Positions 45,799 to 55,507 of a stretch of 64,000 bases of DNA are shown here, piece by piece. The DNA comes from Candidatus Binatia bacterium. GTDB taxonomy: Bacteria > Desulfobacterota > Binatia > Bin18. The number at the start of each line of letters is the position of its first letter. The stretch's first letter is position 1. A model generated the notes under the pieces. It saw nothing but the letters and a program-made list of their open reading frames with translations, was not told the DNA's origin and did no database searches. Both the position numbers and the translations under genes were made by a program. Location: the NCBI GenBank assembly GCA_022820725.1, contig JAJEFA010000007.1, positions 221,215 through 285,214 on the forward strand, given 5' to 3'.

Positions 45799-45963
45799 GA
45801 TCAGAGTCTCCTTTGGTCAGCGCAAGGATGCCACCTAACCAGTTGCTCAGAGACTGTCAAGTAATGGGGAAGGAGATCAGTACGCAGGTCGGAGAAGCCG
45901 ATTTATTGACAGCCTGAGGCGTGGGGCAGTAAAGGAGAACATCACCCAATTAGGAGGGGCCGT

Positions 45964-47115
45964 ATGCCGACGGAAAATCTGGGACCGGTTGTCGATGCCG
46001 ACGGTCACGTGCTGGAGCCGCTCGATACCTGGCAGAAATATATCGACCCTCAATATCGAGACCGGGCCGTGCGCCTCGAACATGACGACAACGGCTGGGA
46101 AGTCCTCCTGTTCGACAACAAGCCCCTGAACGTTATTCGCGGCGCGCTGGGCGCGCTGGGTGGGGTGGGCTCGGACCCCGAAGAGGCCGAAGCCTTTTTC
46201 ACACCGGGTCAGCGCACGTATGCGGACGGCTGCCCGCCGGGCAGCTATGACCCGGTCCCGCGTCTCAGGGTCATGGACAGCGAGGGCATTGATATCTCTC
46301 TCCTCTACCCCACCGTCGGCATCGCCTGGGAAGGCTGGGTCACCGACCCCAAACTCGCCACCGCCTACACCAGGGCCTACAATCGCTGGATCATTGATTT
46401 CTGCAGCGAGAATACAAAGCGGCTCTATCCAGTCGCTCATATCTCTCTGATTGACCCGGATGGCGCGGCTGACGAAGTGGTGTGGGCCAAAAAGCAGGGC
46501 TGCGTAGGGGTGTTTCTCTCGCCGGATATGGTGGCGCGCGGCTGGAAACACTTCAACGACCCGGCCTTTGTTCGCTTCTGGGAAACCGTTCAGGATTTGG
46601 AGATGCCGGTCGGCTTCCATGTCGTCCTGCGTGACGAGCCGTCGTGGCGGGACTGGATTCAGGGTGAGGGTGATTTCGGCCTGTTCAATTTCGCCTTTCT
46701 GGCCATCGATGTAATGGCGGCCTTTACCCAGATGATTTCCCTGGGCATGTTCGAGTTATACCCGCGGCTCAAGTGCACAGTCCTGGAGTGCGGCGCCAAC
46801 TGGATTTCGGCCTGGCTGGACCGGATGGACCATAAATACGAGCCGCTGGCGGGGCGGTCCGTGCTCAAGCTGAAACCCAGCGAGTATTTCTATCGTCAAT
46901 GCCTGGTTTCGGCCGATCCGGATGAAACTCTGACCGCCCGGATCATTGAGCATATTGGGGCTGACTATTTCGTCTGGGCGTCGGACTATCCCCATATCGA
47001 CTCCAACTACGGGGTGGCGGCCGAACTCAAGGAGCGTCTCACCCCCCTACCCCAAGCGGACCAGCGAAAGGTCCTGGGGACCAACGCCCTACGCTTCTAC
47101 GGCATTACGGCCTGA
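45964..47115 (+). CDS. amidohydrolase_2 family protein
   Basis: 383 aa with RBS AGGAGGGG. Motifs are VVDADGHVLEP, WASDYPHIDS and VLGTNALRFYGI. Confidence 0.9.
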   Translation: MPTENLGPVVDADGHVLEPLDTWQKYIDPQYRDRAVRLEHDDNGWEVLLFDNKPLNVIRGALGALGGVGSDPEEAEAFFTPGQRTYADGCPPGSYDPVPRLRVMDSEGIDISLLYPTVGIAWEGWVTDPKLATAYTRAYNRWIIDFCSENTKRLYPVAHISLIDPDGAADEVVWAKKQGCVGVFLSPDMVARGWKHFNDPAFVRFWETVQDLEMPVGFHVVLRDEPSWRDWIQGEGDFGLFNFAFLAIDVMAAFTQMISLGMFELYPRLKCTVLECGANWISAWLDRMDHKYEPLAGRSVLKLKPSEYFYRQCLVSADPDETLTARIIEHIGADYFVWASDYPHIDSNYGVAAELKERLTPLPQADQRKVLGTNALRFYGITA

Positions 47116-47127
47116 GCGGCTGCGCTC

Positions 47128-48345
47128 TCAGTCCCGCTCAACCCAGTCATCCAGGACAGGCGGGACACGCAGGTGTTCGGGCACGCGCTCCATGCCGATA
47201 CGGCGGTCCAGCTCTGCGTGCCAGTGGTAGATGCGACGCTCCTGATAGTTGAGGGGCACCCCGCGAAACCCCGGTGAGGTGATCGACTCCTGGATCGGCT
47301 CCACAAAGGCGATGTCCTCGTCAACAATCCGGTCGAAATTCGCAATACGCGTCTCCCACAGCGGATGGCGCTCGCCGCCGCCCCAGTCCGGCGCAAACCA
47401 GATAACGTCCAGAATGGTGCGGTCCACGCCCTGCGGCCAGAAGGCGACGGCCGGAATGCCGGTCGGCGCGATCGGCACGATCATATTCGGAAAGACGAGG
47501 TAACTGGGATTATGATCCCGCTCGATGGTCGTAGCCGTGGCCATCTCGGGCATACCGATAGTTCCGGGGTCAACCCAGTCCGGGCGGCGATTGGGCGAGA
47601 GCATCATCGAGTGCCCATGATCCCACAGATGTACGCTGGTTCCCAGATTGTCGAAGATGCGATCGGTGGTGTGGCGGTGCAATAACCGGAAGTGATACGC
47701 CTCCAGAAAGTTTTCCAACACAATCTTGTAATTACCCCGCATCTCGACGCTGCGCCGATGGACGAGCCGCAAGTCGTGCAGGGGCAGATGCCGAAAATAG
47801 CGCGCAATCGGCTCAAGAAAATGGTCCAGAGACGGGGCATCGGCGTCTTCACACACGTAAATCCAGTTACCCAGCAAGTCACACCGTACGGGCACCAGAC
47901 TGCGGCACGAATGGTCCAGATGAGCCCAGTCGCGCGGATCGGTAACGGCAGTGAGGGCTCCGGTCGTGTCATACGTCCAGCCGTGATAGCCGCAACTGAG
48001 GTAACGGCCGGTCTTACCCTCCTCTTGTTGGACCACCGGGGCACCCCGGTGGCGGCAGGTATTATAAAAGGCCCGAATCTGGCCGTCGGTGCCGCGGATC
48101 ACCAGGATAGGAGTGCCGGTCCGACGCCAGACGATGAAGCTGCCGGGCTCGAGGAGTTGGTCGGTATGGCCGACATAGACCCAACCCCGCTTGAACAGCG
48201 CCTCGTGTTCCAGCGCAAAGAACTCCGGCTCCCAGTAGCGCCCGCCGGGAATATCGGGCAGGGCCGGAAACTCAGCCGGAGCTGCGGTTCTGCTGCGCTC
48301 AAAGGCGACACTGTCCATCCAGCGCTTGATTGTCTGCGCGTCCAT
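47128..48345 (-). CDS. Rieske (2Fe-2S) aromatic ring-hydroxylating oxygenase, alpha subunit
   Basis: 405 aa with the Rieske motif CRHRGAPV...CGYHGWTY and catalytic-domain His residues in EAYHFRLLH. Confidence 0.9.
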   Translation of the reverse strand: MDAQTIKRWMDSVAFERSRTAAPAEFPALPDIPGGRYWEPEFFALEHEALFKRGWVYVGHTDQLLEPGSFIVWRRTGTPILVIRGTDGQIRAFYNTCRHRGAPVVQQEEGKTGRYLSCGYHGWTYDTTGALTAVTDPRDWAHLDHSCRSLVPVRCDLLGNWIYVCEDADAPSLDHFLEPIARYFRHLPLHDLRLVHRRSVEMRGNYKIVLENFLEAYHFRLLHRHTTDRIFDNLGTSVHLWDHGHSMMLSPNRRPDWVDPGTIGMPEMATATTIERDHNPSYLVFPNMIVPIAPTGIPAVAFWPQGVDRTILDVIWFAPDWGGGERHPLWETRIANFDRIVDEDIAFVEPIQESITSPGFRGVPLNYQERRIYHWHAELDRRIGMERVPEHLRVPPVLDDWVERD

Positions 48346-48403
48346 ACCGCGACTATACGTGGTGACGTACGGATGGGCAATTCTATCGAGCCGGGCGCGG
48401 TGG

Positions 48404-49864
48404 TTACGCCTCTTCCGCTTCAGCGTAGCCGAGGCTGCGGATGTCCTGTCCGTGTCCCTGCCGGGTGATGGTGTATTTGCTGACCAGATAGATGGAAACC
48501 CAGGGTAAGCTCAGGCTGAGGGCGACATGGAAAATGGCGAGGTTGCGTATCGGCTCCTGCATGGACTCCACGCTCGGATTCGGGACCGAGAAGCCGAAGG
48601 CCGACAGCAGCAGCCCCACGATGAGCACGCCGCCGGCGCTGATCATCTTCTGGGCCAGGGCCGGTCCCGTGGTCAACAAGCCCTCACTGCGACGGCCGGT
48701 CTGGCGCTGGCTTTCCTCCACGATATCCGCGGCCATGGAGCCGACCAGGATAAAGCCCGTCACCACCAGTGACACCACAAATGTGCTGTGCAACAGCAGC
48801 AACCACCACAACACGTCGGTTCCGTTGGCCGGAAACAGCGCGACCGATACCAAGGGATCAAGCAACCGCAGCACGACCGGCAACGGACCCAGCGTGGCTG
48901 ACAGCAAGAACAGACCAATCGCGGTCCGCTTCTTGTCCCGCCCGCGCGTCAGCGGATAGACCAGCAGCCCGCAACTGATGGCGACAAGCATATGCACAAC
49001 CGGAAAGATCTGAACGTGTTCCGGCGTCCACTGCCAGAAATACAGGTCATAATAGCGGTCCGTATTGCTGTGCAGGCCGACGTACAGCGCAAAAACCAGC
49101 CCCGCGGCAAACAGCATCAACCACGAGCGGTTTGACAGCGTCTCGACGATTTCTTGGCCCAGCTTACGCAGGCTGAATCCCACGGCAGACCCATCCTCGG
49201 GAACGTGCAGGGCGGGGATGTGGCGGTGCAGGCCGAGCGTTGAGATTATACCGGTCGCAAAAATGAGCAGGCCCCCGATCCAGGCCATGTTGCGGTAGCC
49301 ATCCGGGTTCAGATAGGCCCGCGAGCCCTGATACTCAGCCGTCTCCGGCAACAGAAAGGCCAGGGTCAGCCAGGCAAACCCGGCACCCCCAAACCAGCCG
49401 TAGGAGGTACTCCAGCCGACCAGTTGTGTCCGCTGGTCGTAGTCCTTGGTGAGTTCCGGACCGAGGGCGGCCCGCGGAATTTCGTATAGGGTCATAGACA
49501 CCCGCACAGCCACGGCCAGACATAAAAGCCGCACGAACAAACCGTTCTGACTCAGATCGGCCGGCGGCTGGAGCAGCAAATAGAACGAGACGGCAAACGG
49601 CAGAATGCCGGCATACATGAAGGGATGGCGCCGGCCCCAGCGCGTCCGCACCCGATCCGACCAGACGCCGACCAGCGGGTCGGTGATCGCATCAACCACC
49701 AGGGCCAGGGCTAGGGCTAGCCCGGCCAGGGCCGGGTCCAGCCCTAATACCTGATTGTAGTAGACCAGCACCCAGCCGCCGAAGACGTGGTTCTTCACGC
49801 CGCTGGCGATGGCGCCGAACCCGAACGCGTTCAGGGTGCCACGGCTGGCGTGGTGGACGTGCAC
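48404..49864 (-). CDS. GPH/MFS-type cation symporter (MelB-like)
   Basis: 486 aa with a GTG start 6 nt after the BVMO stop. It is polytopic, and the DPLVGVWSDRVRTRWGRRHPF motif is typical of the glycoside-pentoside-hexuronide family. Confidence 0.85.
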   Translation of the reverse strand: MHVHHASRGTLNAFGFGAIASGVKNHVFGGWVLVYYNQVLGLDPALAGLALALALVVDAITDPLVGVWSDRVRTRWGRRHPFMYAGILPFAVSFYLLLQPPADLSQNGLFVRLLCLAVAVRVSMTLYEIPRAALGPELTKDYDQRTQLVGWSTSYGWFGGAGFAWLTLAFLLPETAEYQGSRAYLNPDGYRNMAWIGGLLIFATGIISTLGLHRHIPALHVPEDGSAVGFSLRKLGQEIVETLSNRSWLMLFAAGLVFALYVGLHSNTDRYYDLYFWQWTPEHVQIFPVVHMLVAISCGLLVYPLTRGRDKKRTAIGLFLLSATLGPLPVVLRLLDPLVSVALFPANGTDVLWWLLLLHSTFVVSLVVTGFILVGSMAADIVEESQRQTGRRSEGLLTTGPALAQKMISAGGVLIVGLLLSAFGFSVPNPSVESMQEPIRNLAIFHVALSLSLPWVSIYLVSKYTITRQGHGQDIRSLGYAEAEEA

Positions 49865-49870
49865 GGCTGG

Positions 49871-51700
49871 CTACGTGAGTTCCACGCCCTCCAGCCGACC
49901 GGTGGACCGCCAGTCGTCGAGGATACGGAAAAACTTGATGGGTCCAGCCCCATAGGTACCGGCGAAAAATCCGTTGTCGGTATCGAGCTTGCCCTCGTTG
50001 TTGTAGTAGCCGGGGGTGCACTCGGCATAAAACCGCTCGGCGATGCGCGACTTGTCTTTCATCTCGGCCAGCCACATGTCTTCGGATTCGAGCGTGGCCT
50101 CAATCCGGGTTGCGCCCCGCTGGCGGGCCTGGTCGAGGATATAGGTGACGTGCTTGGCCTGTTCGTTCAGGGCGTGCGGGACATTAACCGACAGGGCGGT
50201 CTGGGTGAAGCCGAGGAAGAAACAGTTCGGAAACCCATTGGCCTGGAGTCCGAACAGGGTGCGCCAGCCCTTGGCCCACTTGTCGGTGAGGGAGAGACCG
50301 TTGCGACCGATGATCTCGTAGCCAGCCCGGCGGGTATAGCTGGTGCCGACCTCGAAGCCGGTGGCAAAGACAATGCAATCGACCGGATACTCGGTCCCGT
50401 TGGCCACGATGCCCCGCTCGGTGATGCGCTCGACACCCCGGCCGTCGGTATCGACCAGGGTCACGTTCGGCCGGTTAAAGGTCGGCAGGTATTCGTCGTG
50501 GAAGCAGGGCCGTTTGCAGAACTGCCGGTACCAGGGCTTAAGGGCCTCGGCGGTGTTCGGGTCGTTAACGATGGCTTCGGCCCGGTCGCGCACCTGATTC
50601 ATCTTCTGGAAGTCGAGCAGCTCCATGAGCTGGCCCTTCTCGCGTGAGGTGAGACGCCGTCCCAACTCGCGGGAAGCTGTCTTGGCAGCGATGCCGGTCA
50701 GGTTGCGGAAGATCTCGGTCCAGCCGTCAGACACGAGGTCTTCGTCCTGGTCGCCCCCGCTGACCAGGATGTTGAAGTTGTCCATACGTCGCTGCTGCCA
50801 GCCCGGTTCGAGTTGCCGGGCAAAGTCCGGCTCGGTTTCCCGGTTGCTGCGCACATCGATGGACGAGGGGGTGCGCTGGAACACGTACAGGTGCTGGGCC
50901 CACTCACCGAGGTGGGGAATGCACTGCACCGCGGTCGCGCCCGTGCCGATGATGGCCACGCGTTTATCGCGCAGGCCGGTGAGATTCCCATCCGAGTCGC
51001 CGCCGGTATAGTCATAGTCCCAGCGGCTGGTGTGAAAGGTATGGCCCTTGAAGCTGGTGATGCCGGGGATGCCGGGCAGCTTGGGCCGATTGAGCGGCCC
51101 GTTGGCCATGGCCACGAATTGCGCCCGGATGGCGTCACCCCGGTCAGTGTGAATAATCCAGCGCCCGCTCGTGTCGTCCCAGCGCATATCAGAAACGCCA
51201 GTTTGGAGGCAGGCGTTTTTGTACAGGTCGTAGTGGCGGGCGATGGCCTTGCTGTGTTCAAAGATTTCGGGCGCGTACGAGTATTTATGCTTGGGAATAT
51301 AGTTCAGCTCTTCGAGCAGCGGCAGATAGCAGTACGACTCGACGTCGCACATGGCGCCGGGATAACGGTTCCAATACCAGGTACCGCCAAAGTCACCGGC
51401 CTTCTCAATGACTCGGATATCGTTAAAGCCGGCCTCGCGCAGCCGGCCGCCCATCAGCAGCCCGCCAAAACCGCCGCCGATAATGGCGACCTGGACCTCG
51501 TCATTCAGCGGGGCGCGCTCGACCCACTCGGTATAGGGGTCGTCGGTGTAGCTGGCAAATTCGTCAGCGACTTCCTGGTATTGCGCGTTGCCTTCCTCGC
51601 GTAGCCGCTTGTCGCGCTCGTAGCGATATTTGGCCCGCAGTTCGTTCGGGTCAAAGCCTAATCTTTCTTTTGGGTTACCCTCCAACAGGTCGATGCTCAT
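49871..51700 (-). CDS. type I Baeyer-Villiger monooxygenase (copy 2, long N-terminal extension)
   Basis: 609 aa with RBS GGAG. Motifs are IIGGGFGG, GGTWYWNRYPGAMCDVES, the fingerprint FKGHTFHTSRWD, and IIGTGATAVQ. Confidence 0.9.
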   Translation of the reverse strand: MSIDLLEGNPKERLGFDPNELRAKYRYERDKRLREEGNAQYQEVADEFASYTDDPYTEWVERAPLNDEVQVAIIGGGFGGLLMGGRLREAGFNDIRVIEKAGDFGGTWYWNRYPGAMCDVESYCYLPLLEELNYIPKHKYSYAPEIFEHSKAIARHYDLYKNACLQTGVSDMRWDDTSGRWIIHTDRGDAIRAQFVAMANGPLNRPKLPGIPGITSFKGHTFHTSRWDYDYTGGDSDGNLTGLRDKRVAIIGTGATAVQCIPHLGEWAQHLYVFQRTPSSIDVRSNRETEPDFARQLEPGWQQRRMDNFNILVSGGDQDEDLVSDGWTEIFRNLTGIAAKTASRELGRRLTSREKGQLMELLDFQKMNQVRDRAEAIVNDPNTAEALKPWYRQFCKRPCFHDEYLPTFNRPNVTLVDTDGRGVERITERGIVANGTEYPVDCIVFATGFEVGTSYTRRAGYEIIGRNGLSLTDKWAKGWRTLFGLQANGFPNCFFLGFTQTALSVNVPHALNEQAKHVTYILDQARQRGATRIEATLESEDMWLAEMKDKSRIAERFYAECTPGYYNNEGKLDTDNGFFAGTYGAGPIKFFRILDDWRSTGRLEGVELT

Positions 51701-51821
51701 GCGTGTCTCCTCGGTCCTACTTCCCGGAATGGCGTTGATTCCTCAATGGATTGCTCTGCATAATGCGCGAGCAGTCTAAAGAATATTCGCCGGTGCGTCT
51801 ATTGGGCCACCGGACGCCCAT

Positions 51822-52574
51822 ATGGAGGAGAGCCGCGTGAGTCGGTCCGCAGAATACGATGCCATCGCCGAAGCCTACCAGGACTCCAAGCGCCTGCCGT
51901 TTCGGGAATATGTCGAGCGCTACACCCTGTTCGAAATGCTGGGCGATGTGCGCGGTAAGGAAGTGCTGGACGTTGCCTGTGGCGAGGGATTCTACACGCG
52001 CCTGATCAAACAGGCTGGGGCCGCGGAGGTCACGGGCGTCGATATCTCCGCGGCGATGATTCAACTGGCGGAAAAAGAGGAGCGGCGGCACCCCTTGGGT
52101 TGCCGCTATCTGCACCGGGATGTGGCGCAGTTTGAGCCGTCCAGACCCGTTGACGTGGTCGTGGCCATGTATCTGCTGAGCTATGCCGGCAGCCGGGCAA
52201 TGCTCTACCGCTTCGGACAGGTCTGTTATGCAGCGCTCCGACCGGGCGGTCGGCTGGTCGGTATCAAAGACAATAGCCAGAGTCCTCTGGTGAGCAGCGC
52301 GTCGCTGGCAAAATACGGCATTGAAAGAACATCGGCAGCCCCCTCAGCCGAGGGCGACGCCGTGCAATATACTCTTGCCAACGAAGACGGACAAACGTTC
52401 TCGTTCACCAATTTCTTCTTCAAACCGGAAACCTGTGAGGACGCCTTTCGAACGGCCGGGTTTCGGGAGTTCGAGTGGGTCCCTGTCGCGGTGCACCCAT
52501 CCCAGCGCACCGATCCTTTCTGGGATGATTTCCTGAAAGACCCACCGCTGATCGCCTTTTCGGCGTTGAAATAA
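51822..52574 (+). CDS. class I SAM-dependent methyltransferase
   Basis: 250 aa with the SAM motif I VLDVACGEGFYT. Confidence 0.85.
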   Translation: MEESRVSRSAEYDAIAEAYQDSKRLPFREYVERYTLFEMLGDVRGKEVLDVACGEGFYTRLIKQAGAAEVTGVDISAAMIQLAEKEERRHPLGCRYLHRDVAQFEPSRPVDVVVAMYLLSYAGSRAMLYRFGQVCYAALRPGGRLVGIKDNSQSPLVSSASLAKYGIERTSAAPSAEGDAVQYTLANEDGQTFSFTNFFFKPETCEDAFRTAGFREFEWVPVAVHPSQRTDPFWDDFLKDPPLIAFSALK

Positions 52575-52576
52575 GG

Positions 52577-53797
52577 CTATGGAATCGTTCTTGCCAGGCG
52601 GAAGCCGAGGCTGATGTTGCGGTCGCGCGGTGTATAAGGATGGCGATTCACCGCACGACACGAGTCGGCGGTACTGCGCCACCCACAGCCACGCCGAATC
52701 CGGCCGCGGCCCGTGGCCGGGCCTTGGGGGTCTGTGACCGAATCGGCGGGATACTCTCCATACCCGTCCGCCACCCACTCCCAGACATTGCCGTGCATGT
52801 CATACAGCCCCCACTGGTTGGGCTGATAACTCCCGACCGGGGCAGGTCCGCTGGCAACACCGTCTGAACAGGTCGTGTTCCGCCACGCCAGGTCCGTGCT
52901 GCTATCGGCATGATTCGCATACTGACAGAGTTCGGACTCCGCATCGCCAAAGTGGTACCGGGTCTGCGTCCCGGCCCGGGCCGCGTACTCCCATTCGGCT
53001 TCAGTCGGTAGCCGGTAGGTCGTCTCCCCCGTCCGCGTGTTCAACTCCGCAATAAAGGTCTCGACCTCCTCCCAGGAGATGCCCTCCACCGGGCAGGTGT
53101 CACCACAGTGGCGAAAAAACGACGGGTTGTCTCCCATAACCGCTCGCCACTGCGCTTGGGTGACTTCGTATTTTCCCAAATAAAACGGCTGGCTGATCGT
53201 CACCTGGTGGAGTGTTTCGTCCTCTTCATGGTCCTCCGCTTCCGCCGGTGAGCCCATTTGGAACGTGCCCGCCTCAATCCGCACAAATTCCATCGCCAGA
53301 ATGTCGATCAGGTCCTCGCCCTCCGGCCCAAGCGCCATTTCCAGGTGTTGTGTGCTCTGGTTCCACTCAAACCGCACACTTTCCCCAGGCGAGGGAAAAT
53401 CCAGTACTCGAACCTGGGCGTTCGCCCCCTTCACAAACTCCTCCCCGGTGGTCGCCACCTCGAACGTACTCCGCGCAAACTCCATCCCATTGTCGTAGGC
53501 TACGGCGGTGTGAGTCCCATCATCCAGATGCGCCCAGTTCTGGACCGTACTAAAGCCGTTGTTTGTGTCGCCACATATTCCGGCGGTATCGGACCGCTCA
53601 TTGCCGTACGGCAGGGGAATTAGATCTCCACCGTTAAAACTGACCGTAATCGTCCCGCTGGCCTCGCATTTCCAGCCCGAGATGACCCCTATGCCCGACA
53701 GCTTGGCCCCATCACCGGGAATCTCAAGCACTGCGGCATGAACCAGAGCCGGAGTTAGAAAAATGAGGCTAAAAAGACGGAGTAAGGAACGCATCAA
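52577..53797 (-). CDS. secreted formylglycine-generating-enzyme (FGE/SUMF1) domain protein
   Basis: 406 aa with the signal peptide MMRSLLRLFSLIFLTPALVHA. An N-terminal domain of about 170 aa is unassigned. The C-terminal FGE domain has YRLPTEAEWEYAARAG, GLYDMHGNVWEWV and RGCGW...LGFRLAR. Confidence 0.85.
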   Translation of the reverse strand: MMRSLLRLFSLIFLTPALVHAAVLEIPGDGAKLSGIGVISGWKCEASGTITVSFNGGDLIPLPYGNERSDTAGICGDTNNGFSTVQNWAHLDDGTHTAVAYDNGMEFARSTFEVATTGEEFVKGANAQVRVLDFPSPGESVRFEWNQSTQHLEMALGPEGEDLIDILAMEFVRIEAGTFQMGSPAEAEDHEEDETLHQVTISQPFYLGKYEVTQAQWRAVMGDNPSFFRHCGDTCPVEGISWEEVETFIAELNTRTGETTYRLPTEAEWEYAARAGTQTRYHFGDAESELCQYANHADSSTDLAWRNTTCSDGVASGPAPVGSYQPNQWGLYDMHGNVWEWVADGYGEYPADSVTDPQGPATGRGRIRRGCGWRSTADSCRAVNRHPYTPRDRNISLGFRLARTIP

Positions 53798-53976
53798 ATC
53801 CTCCTCACCTAGCGCTAAATGGGGTTCGATATAGCACGCGGTCCCGGCGGCTTCATCGGGGGCAGGTGAATGTGACCAAGCTCTGGCACATGCGCCAGGG
53901 CGAGCGCCCGGCCCTCATTCTCTACCGGGACGTTCCAAGGCTTCCCGAGTAGTTACCGTAGGGGTGGAGTGCTCTT

Positions 53977-54004
53977 GGTAATCAAGGCACCGATAAGGAT
54001 GTGG
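53977..54004 (+). repeat. left copy of an imperfect direct repeat flanking the DUF4238 gene
   Basis: GGTAATCAAGGCACCG...GGATGTGG matches GGCAATCAAGGTACCG...GGAGGTGG at 55044-55072. The first 16 nt match at 14 positions, then 7 of 8 after a 1-nt indel. Confidence 0.35.
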
Positions 54005-54056
54005 CGGACATGCTCCCCCGGCCCCTTCCTATATGGTGGAGGCATGGTCCATTCCT

Positions 54057-54890
54057 TTAACTCCGTACTTCTGCCCTTAATCTCGCGTCTAAGAAGCGTC
54101 TAGGGGTCTCGTTAAGAGCGTAGATGTATCTTGTCGTCTGAGCAAATGAGGATTCGTTGATTAGGGAAAGCAACCTTCCACGAGGAATGTCGCCCAATAA
54201 TTTTTGTTGAATCCCTCTAGTCTTGAATCCCAAGACTGCCTTCCGGGGACTGAGGGGTAGCGCAAAAACCACATCTGGATCAGCGACTCCAGTCGTCCGA
54301 ATACACGGCGAATCAGATAGGAGCAAATGGTTCCTTTGGCCTGTAAAGTCCACGACTCCACAAAATTCCAACTCAGTCTGCACTATTCGTGCCGAATTTG
54401 AGATAATTGGGCCTAAGTTCTTCAAGGGTAGGTTACTGAGTAACTCCGGGTGGCCCTCTATGAATTCGAGAATTTTTCGATCCGACTCAGACCCGCCTTC
54501 TAGATCATCCGTCATCAGGGAGCGCGCCATGTCCTTTATGCTCTTAAGTTTCGTAGGATTACGCATCTCCAGCGACTCTGCAAAGAGAAATAGCCATCGA
54601 ACATCTCCACTGCAAAGCTTGGCAGAGCCAAACTTAAGCAGCTCATCGATAACCCGCGCGGCATTGCTATCGATCGGCTGCATAACCTGCTCTTCCACGA
54701 GATTGATCTCCGCCTCTTTCACCCCCTGAAACGAATAGATTCCCCGATCAAATCCCGTGAACTTTGGGCTGCGACGGGTAAAGGGAAGGCCGGGAACGTC
54801 TTTTCGGAAGAGGCCAATCTTCTTATCGGAACCCATCCAATTCCGCAGAAGGAATTGGGGGACAAAGTGTTGTTTTTGACCTTTTCTCAA
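54057..54890 (-). CDS. DUF4238 domain-containing protein
   Basis: Lies in ORF 54057-54902 (TTG start). An inner TTG at 54890 is preceded by GGAGG and gives (M)RKGQKQHFVPQFLLRNW, the N-terminal signature I associate with DUF4238. The sequence is visibly AT-richer than the flanks. Confidence 0.7.
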   Translation of the reverse strand: MRKGQKQHFVPQFLLRNWMGSDKKIGLFRKDVPGLPFTRRSPKFTGFDRGIYSFQGVKEAEINLVEEQVMQPIDSNAARVIDELLKFGSAKLCSGDVRWLFLFAESLEMRNPTKLKSIKDMARSLMTDDLEGGSESDRKILEFIEGHPELLSNLPLKNLGPIISNSARIVQTELEFCGVVDFTGQRNHLLLSDSPCIRTTGVADPDVVFALPLSPRKAVLGFKTRGIQQKLLGDIPRGRLLSLINESSFAQTTRYIYALNETPRRFLDARLRAEVRS

Positions 54891-55043
54891 AGAGACCTCC
54901 AATTAAGATTACCGAGCGATGTTCCCTACAAGGGAGTTGACATTTCCACCAAATTCTTCTTCCAAAACCGTAATTTGTCAAATTTTGTCGCCTCTAGGTC
55001 ATGCGAGATGACTAGGTTTTTGTCACGGGCCTGTATACTATGC

Positions 55044-55072
55044 GGCAATCAAGGTACCGGAGATGGAGGTGG
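55044..55072 (+). repeat. right copy of the imperfect direct repeat flanking the DUF4238 gene
   Basis: See the left copy at 53977-54004. The spacing between the two copies is about 1.07 kb. Confidence 0.35.
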
Positions 55073-55088
55073 TTCCCCCTCACCCCAC

Positions 55089-55111
55089 CCCTCTCCCTCC
55101 AGGGGAGAGGG
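55089..55111 (+). repeat. GC-rich hairpin element (CCCTCTCCC / GGGAGAGGG)
   Basis: A 9-bp perfect stem with loop TCCAG, preceded by CCCCCTCACCCCA. It resembles the short intergenic palindromic elements seen in many GC-rich genomes. It lies 22 nt upstream of the cadI-like ATG. Confidence 0.4.
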
Positions 55112-55132
55112 AGGAAGATAAGGAGCAAGGCT

Positions 55133-55504
55133 ATGCGACTCCAACTGGCGCTCAATGTTCGTGACCTCAATGAGGCGGTCGAGTATTACTCGAAGCTTTT
55201 TGCCGTCAAACCGCACAAACTGAGAGACGGGTATGCCAATTTTGCGATTGATACGCCGCCGCTCAAGCTGGTCTTGTTCGAGAACCCGGAGGCTGAGGAG
55301 CGGCTGAATCATCTCGGGGTCGAGGTGTTTGATGAGGCGGAGGTTGCCTCTGCGGCGGCGCGCTTCGAGGCCGCGGGGATTGCGCCCGAGGTCCAGCGTA
55401 ATAAGACGTGTTGCCACGCGACCCAGAACAAGGTGTGGGCCTTGGAACCGCAGGGGCTGCGCTGGGAATGGTATCGGATTACCGACGATGAACCTGCGGA
55501 GTGA
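55133..55504 (+). CDS. cadI: CadI-like protein (ArsI/CadI family, glyoxalase/VOC fold)
   Basis: ATG 55133 follows AGGAG. MRLQLALNVRDLNEAVEYYSKLF...GYANFAI..PPLKLVLFENP...LNHLGVEV...TCCHATQNKVW (vicinal Cys pair) is nearly colinear with mycobacterial CadI as I recall it. The N-terminal QLALNV, rather than His-containing AHVGLNV, points to CadI rather than the ArsI lyase. Confidence 0.8.
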   Translation: MRLQLALNVRDLNEAVEYYSKLFAVKPHKLRDGYANFAIDTPPLKLVLFENPEAEERLNHLGVEVFDEAEVASAAARFEAAGIAPEVQRNKTCCHATQNKVWALEPQGLRWEWYRITDDEPAE

Positions 55505-55507
55505 GGT

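Noticed and set aside
45877-46620. 247-aa minus-strand ORF overlapping the start of amidohydrolase_2 gene 45964-47115. Similar cases are 38409-39014 (-), 55049-55756 (-), 15091-15942 (+), 13199-13855 (+) and 11763-12578 (+).
   Set aside because: Each lies antisense to a gene with strong motif support, and none has recognisable motifs or a convincing RBS.
53818-53840. GGGGTTCGATA, which resembles a tRNA T-loop (GGTTCGAAT).
   Set aside because: No complementary T-stem, acceptor stem or anticodon arm can be drawn around it, so it is not a tRNA.
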